From contig NC_058373.1 of the NCBI RefSeq assembly GCF_018350175.1, positions 107,324,001 to 107,388,000 on the forward strand: 64,000 nt of DNA. Direction: 5' to 3'. The stretch comes from Felis catus (lineage: Eukaryota). Below are positions 1 to 12,919 of the stretch, piece after piece; the stretch's first letter is position 1, and every line of letters begins with the position of its first letter. The notes under the pieces are model-generated. The model was not told where the DNA came from. It ran no database searches and was given only the letters and a program-made list of their open reading frames with translations. A program made the translations under genes and the position numbers.

Positions 1-12
1 TGGAAGAAATTG
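1..12 (+). CDS. MNAT1: MNAT1 exon 3, 3' end only (window starts inside the exon)
   Basis: (G)TG GAA GAA ATT G|gtatgt. This phase-1 donor joins 14824 to give VEEI-V-FNLTNN, matching MAT1 ...EEVEEIVFNLTNN... Confidence 0.88.
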
Positions 13-17
13 GTATG

Positions 18-1460
18 TTTTTTTTTTTTTTTTTTTTACTTTCTGTAATTTATTAATTTTTTCTAATTTACATCCAAGTTAGTTAGTACATGGTGCAACA
101 GTGATTTCAGGAGTAGATTCCTTAAGCCCCTTACCCATTTAGCTCATCCCCCCCAACTCTGTTTGTTCTCTATATTTCAGAGTCTTTTATATTTTGTCCC
201 TCTCCCTGTTTTTATATTACTTTTGCTTCCCTTCCCTAATGTTCATCTGTTTTGTAACTTAAAGTCCTCCTATGAGTGAAGTCATATGAATTTGTCTTTC
301 TCTAATTTCGCTTAGTATAATACCCTCTAGTTCCATCCACATAGTTGCAAATGGCAAGTTTCATTCTTTTTGATTGCTGAGTAATACTCCATTGTATATA
401 TATGCCACATCTACTTTATCCATTCATCCATCGATGGACATTTGGGCTCTTACCATACTTTGGCTATTGTTGATAGTGCTGCTGTGAACATTGGGGTGCA
501 TGTGCCCCTTTGAAATAGCACACCTGTATCCGTTAGATAAATACCTAGTAGTGCAATTGCTAGGTCGTAGGGTAGATCTATTTTTCATTTTTTGAGGAAC
601 CTCCATACTGTTTTCCAGAGTGGCTGCACCAGTTTGCATTCCCACCATCAGTGCATAAGAGATCCTCTTTTTCCGCACCCTTGCCAACATCTTTTGTTGC
701 CTGAGTTGTTAATGTTAGCCATTCTGACAGGTGTAAGGTGGTATCTCATTGTGGTTTTGATTTGTATTTCCCTGATGATGAGTGACGTTGAGCATTTTTT
801 CATGTGTCCGTTGGCCATTTGGATGTCTTCTTTGGAGATGTATCTATTCATGTCTTTTGCCCATTTCTTCACTGGATTATTTATTTTTTTGGGTGTTGAG
901 TTTTCTAAGTTCTTTATAGATTTTGGGTCTTAACCCTTTATCTGATATGTCGTTTGCAAATGTCTTCTCCCATTCTGTCAGTTGTCTTTTAGTTTTGCTG
1001 ATTGTTGCCTTCGCTTTGCAGAAGCTTTTTATTTTGATGAGGTCCCAATAGTTCATTTTGGCTTTTGTTTCCCTTGCCTCCGGAGCCATGTTGAGTAAGA
1101 AGTTGCTGCGGCTGAGGTCAAAGAGGTTTTTATCTGCTTTTTCCTCAAGGATTTTGATGGCTTCCTGTCACATTGAGGTCTTTCATCCATTTTGAGTTTA
1201 TTTTTGTGTATGGTGTAAGAAAGTTGTCCAGGTTGATTTTTCTGCATCTCTCTGTCCAGTTTTCCCAGCACCACTTGCTGAAGAGACTGCCTTTATTCCA
1301 TTGGATATTCTTTCCTGCTTTTTCAAAGATTGGTTGGCCATATGTTTGTGAGTCCATTTCTGGGTTCTGTATTCTGTTCCACTGATCTGAGTGTCTGTTT
1401 TTGTGCCAGTACCTTACTGTCTTGATGATTACAGCTTTGTAATACATCTTGAAGTCTGAG
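18..1460 (-). mobile_element. 5'-truncated carnivore/felid L1 (ORF2 C-terminus, 3'UTR, polyA), antisense to MNAT1
   Basis: Poly(T) 18-37; ORF2 fragments ([10 protein letters not shown]..., [11 protein letters not shown]); TSD gaaattggtatgttttt at 6-22 and 1461-1477. Confidence 0.95.
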
Positions 1461-2989
1461 GAAATTGGTATGTTTTTGATGCTTGTACTTTTGGTTGCTA
1501 CCCTATGTACTTTTATCTTTTATATGCCTAAGACAACATCTCACAGAAAAATCTCTAACAAGTTTTGTTGTGATAGCTGACATTTTTTACCTATTTACTT
1601 TCAGTTGTACTTGAATCATGTTTGTTAAATAGAAGGCATGCTTAAGTAAAGGACATACTTAAGTCATAAACATTTTGTTTTAGGAAAAGTCTTATCACTT
1701 TGTATCTGGGGAAAAAAGACTGTATCTCTGTATATCTGTATGTTGATGGGGCATTAGAGTCAACACAAGTAACGAATATACAGATTTTTAAAAAATAGTA
1801 TTTCTAGTAACTGTGTCTATGGTGACTAAAGCCATATGTTGTTTATCATTTATGTCTCTGTGCATACAGTATTTTGAAAATAGTCAGAAGCAGTTGACTG
1901 TTGAAGTGGCATTCTGTTTTTCATGTTATGCTTGAATCAGAGGATAGAGTAATCTTGGGGCCTTTTCTTTTGTGATTAGTCAAAAGGATGCTTTCATCAA
2001 AAGAAAGGATTATTTTTTCTTTCTTAAATAAGATTTCATAGATGTTAAAGAACCTGGAAGTTGTTATACTTCAATTAAAAAAAAAGTTAATGTTTTTTTT
2101 TAAAGCTGCCATAATTATTATTACTCCATATAGTTTTGGAAATATTATCAAAATTATAGACTGTGAAGATAAGAATGAGACGTAGGGAATTAAATCATCT
2201 TTTTTATTCTTCTCTTCTCACTATACTTCTGTTATTTCATATTTAAAATATAAATATAACAAACTGATCATTCTTTAGAAGGTTTATATATGGGGAAAAT
2301 TTTTAGAAAACTTGAACTCTTGAGTAATGGAGTATTCTAATGCCTTTAATTTCTTTATTAACTAAGAAAAACCCAGAGAATCTTTTTATTTCAACTGTAA
2401 TTAAAACTTTTCTAAAATATCTAAGTTCACTTGTTAGGTTATAGCAAATAGCATGTACAGAATATAACAAGCTTTTTCTTGGATCTTTTAATGCCTTGGA
2501 GCCATTGCTTTTTTTATTTAATTGTATTCATTACACTTTGTGTATAATGTTAGCAATCATCAGTGGCTTGGATTTTAGTTGAAAAGGGGGTGGAATTGGA
2601 AGTGCCAAGGCAAAGTAGAAAAGTTAGCATATAGACGGAGAAGATACACCCCCCAAATCTGCAAGAACTGGGAAAATGTAAAAATCTGGCTGTATGTAGA
2701 TATTAAGTACAGGACAGGAAGTTGGGTAGTAAGCAGGAAGAAATCCAGCTCATGTTTATTCTGAAGGCAATGTCATTAGTCAACAGTCTGGTCAGGCAAT
2801 AAAGAGAAAGGAGATTATGTCACAGAGCTAGTTGAATACATGGTCACAAGTCCAAGCAGGCAGGTAAGATAATCTAAAGAAACTGATGGACAAAGAAGGT
2901 GGGGAAAGCGGGCAGGGATCTTGATTCTAGAATAAGGTTCTGGTTGAGCCATTGTTTCATACACACACACACACCCACACACACACATT

Positions 2990-3103
2990 TAAGCTTATTT
3001 ATTTTGAGAGAGAAAGAGAGAGAGTGCGCGTGGGCATGCACACACGGGGGAGGGGCAGAGAGAGAGGGAGACAGAGAATCCCTGTGCTGACACTCAGGCG
3101 CCC
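2990..3103 (-). mobile_element. Internally deleted carnivore SINE
   Basis: SINE tail, (GA)n and ggggcagagag, joined almost directly to the terminal caggcgccc. Confidence 0.75.
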
Positions 3104-3702
3104 AAGATATTTTTTTTTATGAGATGAATTACTTTGAATATATAAATAACCTGGGACCCATAGGTAAAACCATGTTTATGTCTAGAAGTGGGAGCTAGGA
3201 TTGACAAGTAAGAACAAGTCTGGGTATTATGGCTTATAGGATATGTAGTCCTTTCCTTACCAGATAGGAAAACTGTGGCTTGGAGCATTTAATTTGAAAG
3301 TGATTCTGCTATCATGTGTATTCATGAAAGACTATCTTCAGTTGCAGTATGTTAAAACTTTCTTGATCCGTTGGGGTGACTGACATTTCCCAGTCCTCCC
3401 ATAAAAAGTACTGATTGATGTCCAAAGCATAATGAAGATGACCCTTGTTCATTAGAAGATGTCCTCACGTACACTTTTGTACTTCTCTCACCAGTTCACT
3501 TATATACTGAGAGTTGTTTGCATTGGTAACCAAGTCTTCTTATGTTAAACTTACAATTATGTAATTTAATTAAGTAGTTCATGTGTTAGGAAAAAAATTG
3601 CAAATCTCCTGAAGCATTCTGCTTCTCAAGTTCTTTTTCCACTTTAAAAAATGGAAACTGAACAGTGTAGGTGACAGGTGTGGTTTATACAGGAAAGAAG
3701 CA

Positions 3703-3829
3703 GGGGTGCCTGGGTGGCTCAGTCTGTTAAGCATCCGACTCCTGGTTTTGGCTTAGGTCATGATCTCACTGCTTCGTGGGTTCGAGCCCCATATTGGGCT
3801 CTGTGCTGGCAGCACGGAGCCTGCTTGGG

Positions 3830-3876
<47 letters not shown>

Positions 3877-3932
3877 CTACCCACTAGCACAGTCTCTTTT
3901 TCTCTCAAAATAAATAAATAAACTTAAAAAAA
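3703..3932 (+). mobile_element. Carnivore tRNA-derived SINE (SINEC)
   Basis: ggggtgcctgggtggctcag head, gttcgagccc B-box, (CT)n, aataaa and A tail. Confidence 0.93.
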
Positions 3933-4209
3933 GAGAAAGAACAATTAAAGAAATTAAAGGCTAGACATTGGTTGTATGTCATTAAGTTAGAGAATGACTA
4001 TGTTTTAGAGAATTACTATATATGTTTTAAGTTAAAGTATTTAAGGAGTGTGTATGTGTGTTTCCCTCCCTTAACAGACTTTTGTAAATCATCAGCTACT
4101 AATCTTGATCATGTTGGATAAAGAGCAGTTCTAATTATATTTAAAGATATTGATGAAGTTTGGGGCCTGGCGTCATGGACTTACAGTTTATTTTCTGAGC
4201 TTTAGCTCA

Positions 4210-4980
4210 GTTTAACAAATATTAATTGTTCTATTGAACTACTTTACTTGATGAGCATATATGATCTTTGCCTTCTGTAAGTTCAGACTCTAAAGGGGAA
4301 ATAATTATTTAAACTAATATTTATAATTTAATGGGAAAAGAGTACAGGCATTTGTTTGTAAAGTGTTATGGGAATACAGATAACAAAACAATTAATTCAT
4401 CATTGGGAAATAGAGGTATAGTTTGATCAGAGAAGAGGTCATATTTGAATTTGACCTTAAAAAATGGAATAGGAGTTTATCAGTGGAAAGAGGATGGAAG
4501 AACATAGGTAGCAAAAGACAGAGTTGCAGAGGTACAAGGGTATTGAGCATGTTGGAGAATGGACAAGTAATGTTATAGGTAGGTAGAACACGGGGAATGA
4601 CCAGAAATGAGGCTTGAGAAACAGCGTATACCTGGGTTAATGAGGGCTTTGCAAGCTAGACTTGTCAGGGTAAGATTTTATTCTCTGGCTAGTAATGAGC
4701 CAGCAAGGATAGTGTGGTAGCGATGTGCAATATTGACAGGAGATCCTTGAGGCTGGGAAACGATTTCTCAGGGGCCATTATAGCAATTTGGATGAGAAAT
4801 AATGAGAGCTTGGAGCAGGTAGTTAGGGAGGGATAGATAAAGGGGATGTTTTGGAGACAGAATATTCAAGGACTAATTTGATACAGGAAGTAAGTAGAAA
4901 GAGCAGGCAAAGATGAATTAAAATTCATGACCTTGAGCAGTTGAATGGTATTAATCTAGAAAGTAAAAACTGGAGAACAG
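4210..4980. mobile_element. Degraded L2 fragment
   Basis: Purine-rich L2-like motifs (gaagaggtcatatttgaatttgaccttaaa...; gcaaaagacagag); recognised by eye. Confidence 0.5.
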
Positions 4981-6874
4981 GCAATATTTTTTATTGTTTT
5001 GTTGGGTGGAGAGTGAAGCAATGAAGGAAAGACTAGTTTTAGCTCTTCTAAGTTTTGTTAGGGTGTGGCTCCACCACTTTGTTTTGTGTTATTGTTTTAA
5101 TTGTTGTGGTATAAATCAAACTTCCTTTTAAAATCATGTTTCAGCAGCTATCTACTTTGTGTTTTTTTCATGCTTTCAAAGAAGATCAGTTTGATGTCTG
5201 TGATACCTGTATTGGCTATGTCTGTATTAATCAAAAGTATAAAATGTTAATTTTATGGACACCTGCTAAGTGCCAGACTTCTGCTGTACTCCCATTATCT
5301 TGTATAATTTTCACAGCTGTGAGACACGCATTTTTATCCCTGCTTAGCATATGGAGAAGAGGTAAAGGGAGTTAAGTATTGTGCCGAGGATCGCATTGCT
5401 AGTAAATACTGGAGCCAAATTTTGAACATAGGTTTTTCTGACTCTCAGAGCCCATCAAAGTGCTTGCGACTCTCAGAGGAGTTACTAGTCTGAATGCAGA
5501 ATATGGGGTGCTAATTGGTGAAATAGCAGGAGCAGATAAAAAGTAGATTGGGTTCATATTTTGAAGGCCCTTAAAGAAGATTGAACTCAGTATTAAAGGT
5601 AGAAGGGTGCTATTGAAGATGCTTTGGCCTAGAGTGAGAGGAACAGAGTTGGGAGGGAGGCTAAGGAGTACATGTTTGAGGATTTATAAGTTAGGGATTG
5701 GCCATTTTGTTAAATAAATTTCATTATGAATCCTTTGAACATCACAAATATAAAAATTTTAAAATACTATGATTTTGAATAATGGCATAAAAATTACAAT
5801 AGAAAGGGCACACATGAAGATGAACTTTCTTATGGCATTAACAATAGGCTCTTTTCTGTGGTTATGATAATCTAAACATAAAAATTCTTGTTCCTTTTGC
5901 CCCCAGGGATTATCTCAAAGGTTTGCTCTTAGTTTCATAATAAATAGATTATTCTTTTGGTTCAGGGTATGCTTATTTTGAAAGGGTGAGAAAGTCCTAA
6001 GGGCTTTAATTATAAATTCTGGATGTCAAAAAGACTTCAAAATTGTACTTAAATAACATTAAATCTTTCAGAAAATACAATAGGTTTTTTGTTGCCTTTT
6101 AATACTTGACTAAAGGCAGGTCAACATCTGAGCTAAACCAGTAACCAGATAAAGGGCCAAATGATTGTTATAGAAAATTATCTTCTGTTCTTTTTTTCTC
6201 AAGGCCATTATACCAACCTGATTCATTATGACATGAATGAGACTTGCTTCATCTGAAAAGTTTTAAAAATAGTACTTTACTTTCTTTTTAAACTCTTATT
6301 TTTTCTTTTTAAAGGAAGCAATTTGTATTACTTATGATTATGATTTGTATCTATTATACTGGTATTACCTTAGTTTCCTAAATTAAAAAATGAAATAAAG
6401 AAATAGATTATTTTAGTTTTATTGGAATTTGTCATGAGGTTTCTAATAAGCACAAAAAATCATATACAGATACATTTCATTTATAATTCAATTTTACCTG
6501 TTCCTGGGTTCCATTAAATAGAAAGTTTAAATCAGTAGTATACTGTCTAGCTTGCTGATAAACTTTTTGTTTTCTTAAACTGCTCTAAATATTCTGTTAG
6601 AGTTCAACATAGATACCAATTTGAATACTTTTACTTCTCAGTAGATTTATAGCCATAAGAAACCAAGATAATTTTTTCCTGTACTTTTATATCCACTTGC
6701 TTTACCATTCTGTAGAATTCAATTCTGTAATTTATAAAGGTCATCTTAATTAAATCTGTAATTATAAAGATAATTATAAACATTAGCATTGGTTTATTTT
6801 ATGTATTTTTTCCCTCTTTTGGTAATTAAGTGTTTCTTGAGCTCTTACCAGATGGGAAGTTCCCCCTCCCTCCT

Positions 6875-7640
6875 TTTTTAATAGATTTTATTTTTTAGAG
6901 TAGTTTTAGAGTCATAGCCAGCAGCAAGTAGAGAATTCCTATACAGCCCCTGTCCCGCACATGCACGGACTTCCCTGCTATCAACATCTCCAACCAGAGT
7001 GGTAAATTTGTTATAATTGATGAAGCTACATTGACATATCATTATTGCCTAAAGACCATAGCTTACATGAGAGTTTACTCTTGATTTTGTACATTTTATG
7101 GGTTTGGACAAATATATAATGACATGTATCCACCATTATGGTATTGTACAGAATAGTTTCACAGCCCTAAAATTCCTCTGTGCTCTGCCTAGTTTTCCCT
7201 TTTTCCTCCCTTAACTTCTGGCAACCATTGACCTGTTTCTGTCTTTGTAGACTTACCTTTTTAGACTGTCATGTAGTTAGAATCATATTCTATGTAGCTT
7301 TCTCAAATTGGCTTCTTTCATTTAAGTTTCCTCCATGGTCTGGATATGCCACAGTTTATCCACTAACCTATTGAAAGACATCTTGGTTGCTTCCATGCTT
7401 TGGCAATTACAAATAAAGCTGCTATAAATATCTGTGTACAGGTTTTTGGGTGGACAGTTTGCAGTTCCTTTGGATAAATACCAAGGAGTATGATTGTTGG
7501 ATAAAATGATAAGAAACAAACTGTCTCCCAAAGTGTTGTGTCATTTTGCATTCCTGCTGCAATGAATGAGAGTTCCTCACATCCATGTCAGCATTTTGGT
7601 GTTGACAGTGTATTGGATTTTTGCCATTTTAATGGGTATG
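6875..7640 (-). mobile_element. Ancient L1M (L1MC-like) 3' end
   Basis: gggtttggacaaatatataatgacatgtatccaccattat...; ORF2-like ORF 7363..7551 (LLGIYPKEL...FIAALFVIAK). Confidence 0.8.
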
Positions 7641-7753
7641 CAATGGATGTTTTTTATTGAAGTACTGGGACTGATAAAGATGAATCAGACCTAGAATCTG
7701 CCCTCAAGGAACACTTTATTAGGTCAAATAGATATGTACATTTAAAATAATTT

Positions 7754-7953
7754 GGGGCACCTGGGTGGCTCAGTTGGTTAAGTGTCCGACTTCGACCCAG
7801 GTCATGATCTCACAGTTCGTGTGGGTTCGAGCCCTGCGTCAGTCTCTGTGCTGACAGCTCGGAGCCTGGAGTCTGCTTTGGATTCTGTCTCTCTCTCTCT
7901 GCCCCTCCCTCACTGGCTCTCTGTCTCTGAAAATTAAATAAATGTTAAAAAAA
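7754..7953 (+). mobile_element. Carnivore SINE
   Basis: ggggcacctgggtggctcag head, (CT)n, A tail. Confidence 0.93.
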
Positions 7954-8269
7954 TTTTTTTTATAGGGTAGAAAGTGGGTAAGTGCTTCCAGCATATTAGG
8001 CAATGTATTGTGGGCATTCAGGGATAGAGAGATTGTACCTGCAAAGTGAGTTATGAAGAAGAGCTGGTGATTAAGCTGGGTATAGAAGGGTAGGCCAGAT
8101 AAGGATATCCACAATTGTTCTTCGTTGAGGTTGGTACTAAAATATGGATCCTCTGGGAGAAGCAGTATGATCACAGGTTTGGAGGTAGGAAATTACGGGG
8201 CCTGTACAGGTGTAGAAGAAGAGCTGAATTGTGCTACCAGTGGTTTTCAGGCATTGAGAGAAGCAATAT

Positions 8270-8500
8270 ACCTAGCATTGTAGATAAAAGTTTAGGCTTT
8301 AGAATCAAATAGCCTAAGTTATAATCCTGGTTACAACATTTACTTCCTGTATAACTTGGATGTAGTTATTTAATGTCTTTAAACCTTATCCATAAAGTGT
8401 GAATAATAGTAATACCTATCTCAGAAGGTTTTTGGGAGGTTTAAGTGATGTAATTAGGCCGAACCTGGACATAGTGCCTGTCATATGTATATTGTAGATA
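8270..8500. mobile_element. MIR fragment
   Basis: aatcctggttacaacatttacttcctgtataacttgg...ataatagtaatacctatctcaga core. Confidence 0.6.
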
Positions 8501-8821
8501 CTTGATACACACACATTATAGATTGTATTCTTCAAGCAAAATTTTGAGGAGATCATTTTAAGCAAACAAATGAAGCAAAGTCTCTCTGGTTGGAATTGTG
8601 CAATCTTTCCATTGTTTCTTGAAGAGGCTATGAGGAATCTGCAGAACTCCCAGAGCAGAAAGGAAAAAGCAATGTAAGAGATACGGTTGGATTTTTCTTT
8701 TCTCAAGGCATTGTGGATGCAGAAGCAATGAGTGAACTGAGTGACTCATGACTGAATGACATAATCAGAACTTTGTAGGGTTAATTGGTAGCTGATTCCA
8801 TTAAAAGGAAGAATAGTTAAT

Positions 8822-9037
8822 GGGGCTCCTGGGTGGCTCAGTTGGTTAGGCATCTGACTTCAGCTCAGGTCATGATCTCACAGTTTGTGGGTTCGAGCCC
8901 CGCGTCGGGCTCTGTGCTGACAGCTCAGAGCCTGGAGCCTGTTTCGGATTCTGTGTCTCCTTCTCTCTCTGTCCCTCCCTCACTCAGCTCAGTCTGTCTC
9001 AAAAATAAATAAAAATTTAAAAAAAATTTAAAAAAAA
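8822..9037 (+). mobile_element. Felid SINE
   Basis: Full head and tail; TSD aaaaggaaga(a/c)tagtt. Confidence 0.94.
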
Positions 9038-9061
9038 GGAAGACTAGTTTATTCTTTTATT

Positions 9062-9273
9062 AATTTTTTTAATGTTTATTTTTGAGAGAGAGAGAAAGAG
9101 ACAGAGTGCAAACAGAAGAGGGGCAGAGAGAGAGGGAGACACAGAATCTGAAGCAGGCTCCAGGCTCTAAGCTGTCAGTGTAGAGCCTGACGTGGGCCTC
9201 GAACCCATGAACTCTGAGATCATGACCTGAGCTGAAGTCGGACACTTCACCAACTGAGCTATCCAGGTGCCCC
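9062..9273 (-). mobile_element. Felid SINE
   Basis: Reverse-complement SINE; TSD tagtttattctttta. Confidence 0.94.
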
Positions 9274-9419
9274 ACGATAGTTTATTCTTTTAATAAACAC
9301 TTACTCAACAACTAGAACAGTACTAAATATTGTTGAATGCATGAAGCAAGGATACTTTTAGTTTTTCCCTGTTGTCATTTGATGATATTGTGTCTTGTAT
9401 TATTCAGTTCATGTGTTTA

Positions 9420-9636
9420 GGGGTGATCTCCCCAGTGAGAGATCTTTAGTTTCAGTTAAGCATCTGACTCTTGATTTTGGCTCAGGTCATGATCTCAGCG
9501 ATTGGTGAGATCTAGCCCTGCAGCAGGCTCCAGGCTGACTGCATGGAGCCTGCTTGGGATTCTCTCTCTCCCTCTCTTTCTACCCCTCCCTAACGTGTGA
9601 ATGCACACGTTAAATAAACTTAAAAAAAAAAAAAAG
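9420..9636 (+). mobile_element. Carnivore SINE with disrupted head
   Basis: gttaagcatctgactcttgattttggctcaggtcatgatctc, (CT)n, A tail. Confidence 0.85.
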
Positions 9637-9699
9637 AAAGGCTTCGAAAGTGTTTGATTTATTTATTTAGTAAAAGGGGGAAAGGCAGAGGGGATGAGA

Positions 9700-10400
9700 G
9701 CACTATAGGATGGTAGAATTGGAAGGGGATTTGAGGTATGCTTCAGAAATATTAGTCTGACAGCACTGTATATTACGGATTGGTTAGAGTGTAGGGTCAG
9801 ATGGGAAGATTCTGGAAATAGAAAATGAAGGCAGAGATTATTATACGTTATCCAGGGAGAAATGTTATATGGTTTGGTATATTGTCAGGGCACTTTGAGA
9901 ATAAGGGCAGTTTTAAAGAGATTTTGGTGGTAACTGTAGGATTTGGGAACTGGTGTTTGTGGAATGCAAAGGAGAGTGGGTCAGATGAATCAGGTGTTAA
10001 GTCTTGGTGTCATTAATGTCATTAATCTATTAACTGGTTTTCTGAAATGCACTTTGAGATGGTGTCAGCTTTTGCTGGCATTTATTTGGTTGAAACTATG
10101 GGAAGTGATGAGATTGCCTCAAGAATAGGGAGGGAGGAAAGAAGGCAAAAGCTAGAATTATATAGATTACTTAGAGGCCAAGAAGAGCCAGAGATGGAAA
10201 CAGGAAAGAGTAGTTGGAATAGTAGGAGAGAGATCAGGAGAATGTATTTAAGTTAGTCAAGAGAAGGGAGTGCCTAAGGAAGCGTAAGTGATGAATACTG
10301 TTGAGTGGCATAGATATTGAGGATGGTAGATTACTGGATTTGGTGGCTTAATAGATGACCTGTTAAATACAAGGAGTAAAATGTGAGCGATTGGCAAAGG
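9700..10400. mobile_element. Degraded L2 fragments
   Basis: Purine-rich L2-like motifs (tggttgaaactatgggaagtgatgagattgcc; gaagagccagagatggaaacag). Confidence 0.5.
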
Positions 10401-10920
10401 TAGTGGAATCATACTGTATTAACTAATGGATCTCAGTTGACTTTCTAAGGGCACTTGGTAGTTTTGAGCCTCCTCCTCTGTTGTGTGTTGGGGCCAGAAT
10501 GTGATTTATGGGGAATGCCTTACATTGTATCCTAGCCAGATTTCCTGGTTTACCACCATTATTATTTTCTTTTCTACTTTGTGGTAAAAAAAGGCTGGAG
10601 AAGTAGCTAGGGGCTATTGTTTCTCATTTTCTCTAATTTCTCCCAGAGTTTTAAGATTGCATATCATAGAATTGATGTTTGCTTTTGTTTTTTCTACATA
10701 CCTAAATGAGTCTGGGATATTAACAATGATTATGATAATTTGACGTTCTGAAATAAGGTGGCCTTTGAGGAGATAAAAATGAAATTATGGATCAAATTGG
10801 TTTTTAGGGTATGTTTGATGCCTTATTCAACAAAATAGGTAACGCTGGGTTGGGCTCCCAATATTACTTTTCAACTCTTACAGGGCTCTATAATCCAAAA
10901 GTCTAGGTTACAACATTTAC

Positions 10921-12310
10921 ATTTCTCTGTCTGACTTACTTCACTTAGTGTAGTACCCTCCACGTCCATACCTGTTGTCACAAATGCCAAGACCTCATTT
11001 TTTTTTAAATGGCTAATATTGCATTGTATATGTATATATCCCACACCTTCTCTTTCTGTTCCTCTATTGACGGACATGTGAATTGCTTCCGTATCATGGC
11101 TATTGTAAATGATGCTGCAATAAACAGAGTGGTGCATACATCTTTTGAATTAGTGTTTTTGTTTTCTTTGGGTAAATACCAGGTAGTGAATTACTGTATC
11201 AAATGGTATTTCTACCTTTATTTTTTTGAGAGCCTTCATATTGTTTTTCACAGTTGCTGTATTAATTTACATTCCCACCAACAGTATATGAGGGTTCCTT
11301 TTTCTCTGCATCTTTGCCGACACTTGTTATTTCTTTCTGTTTTGATTTTAGCCATTCTGATAGGTGTAAGGTGATATCTCATTGTGGTTTTGGTTTGCAT
11401 TTCCCTGATGATTAGGGATGTTGAACATCTTTTCATGTGTCTGTTAGCCATTTGTGTATCTTCTTTGGAAAAATGTTCATTTAGGTCCTCTGCCTCTTTA
11501 AACAAAATTTTTTTTACTGTTTATTTTTGAGAGAGAGAGAAAGAGAGCGCTAGCAGGGGAGGGGCAGAGACAGAGGGAGACATAGAATCTGAAGTAGGCT
11601 GCAGGCTCCAAGCTGTTAGCATAGAACCTGATGCAGGACTCGAACCCACGAACTGTGAGGTCATGACGTGAGCTGAAGTCGGATGCTTAACTGACTGAAC
11701 CACCCAGCTGCCCCTCCTCTGCCTATTTTCAATTGGATTTTTTGGGTTTTTTTGGTGTAGAGTTGTATCAGTTTTTTATAAATTTTATATATTAACCCCT
11801 TATCAGATATATCATTTGCAAATACCTTCTCTCATTCAGCAGGTTGACTTTTTGTTTTGTTGATGGTTTTTTTTCACTGTGCAAAAAGCTTCTTATTTTG
11901 ATGTAGTCCCAGTAGTTTATTTTGGCTTTTGTTTCCTTTGCCTTAGGAGACACATCATATGATTTCACTTATATGTGGAATCTAAAAAAACAAACAAAAA
12001 GTGGAATCAAACTGATAAAAATAGAGAACAAACTGATCATTGCCAGTAGGGAGGGGATGAGGGGATGGGTAACATGGGTGAATGGGAGTAGGAGATACAG
12101 GCTTCCAGTTATGGAATGAATAAGTCATAGGAATAAAAGGTACAGCATATGGAATATAGTCATTGGTGTTGTAATAGGGTTGCATGGTGACAGTTGATAG
12201 CTAAACTTGTGGTGAGCATATCATAACATTTGGTTGTTGAATCACTGTGTTGTACATCTGAAACTAATATAACATTATGTGTCAACTGTACTCAAATAAG
12301 AAAAAAAAGA
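10921..12310. mobile_element. Carnivore L1 with 5' inversion (10921-11955 on -, 11956-12310 on +), interrupted by a SINE at 11503-11714
   Basis: The minus segment encodes the ORF2 end up to ...SEVSQTEK. The plus segment resumes at catatgatttcacttatatgtgg, followed by the 3'UTR and A tail. Confidence 0.88.
11503..11714 (-). mobile_element. Felid SINE inserted in L1
   Basis: TSD tcctctgcct on both sides. Confidence 0.92.
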
Positions 12311-12570
12311 ACAAGTAAAAGCAAAAAGTCAAGCAACTATTTGAGATGGTTATTAAAGGAAAGAGTGAGACAGGGCTCACTGTTTCACTTAGAGACATGG
12401 CTTAGAGCATAGTTGTTTAGGGGATGAAACCTGTTTATAGAACAAGCAGGAAGTAGGGAAAAGTAATTGGTGAAGGGATAGAATAGGTAATAATGGATGG
12501 AAAAGATTACAGAAGAAGCCCAGGCAGGTCTGAATTGAATTATGGAACAGGAGAATCTTAATAATATGGA

Positions 12571-12823
12571 TTTTTCTTTTTTTTTCTTTTTTTTATTTAA
12601 ACAAAAAAATATTTTTTTTTAACATTTATTTATTTTTGAGAGAGAGAGAGAGAGAGCATGAACAGGGGAGGGTCAGAGAAAGAGGGAGACACAGAATCTG
12701 AAACAGGCTCCAGGCTCTGAGCTGTCAGCACAGAGCCCGATGCCGGGCTGGAACCCACGGACCACGAGATCATGACCTGAGCCAAAGTCGGACGCTTAAC
12801 CGACTGAGCCACCCAGGCGCCCC
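12571..12823 (-). mobile_element. Felid SINE
   Basis: TSD tggatttttcttt. Confidence 0.94.
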
Positions 12824-12919
12824 TGGATTTTTCTTTAGACAGGCTGATGCAAACACAGTAACATGTGGGGTAGTGTGGTGGTACTTTATGATATGAATTT
12901 GTATGTACCAAAAGAGTTT

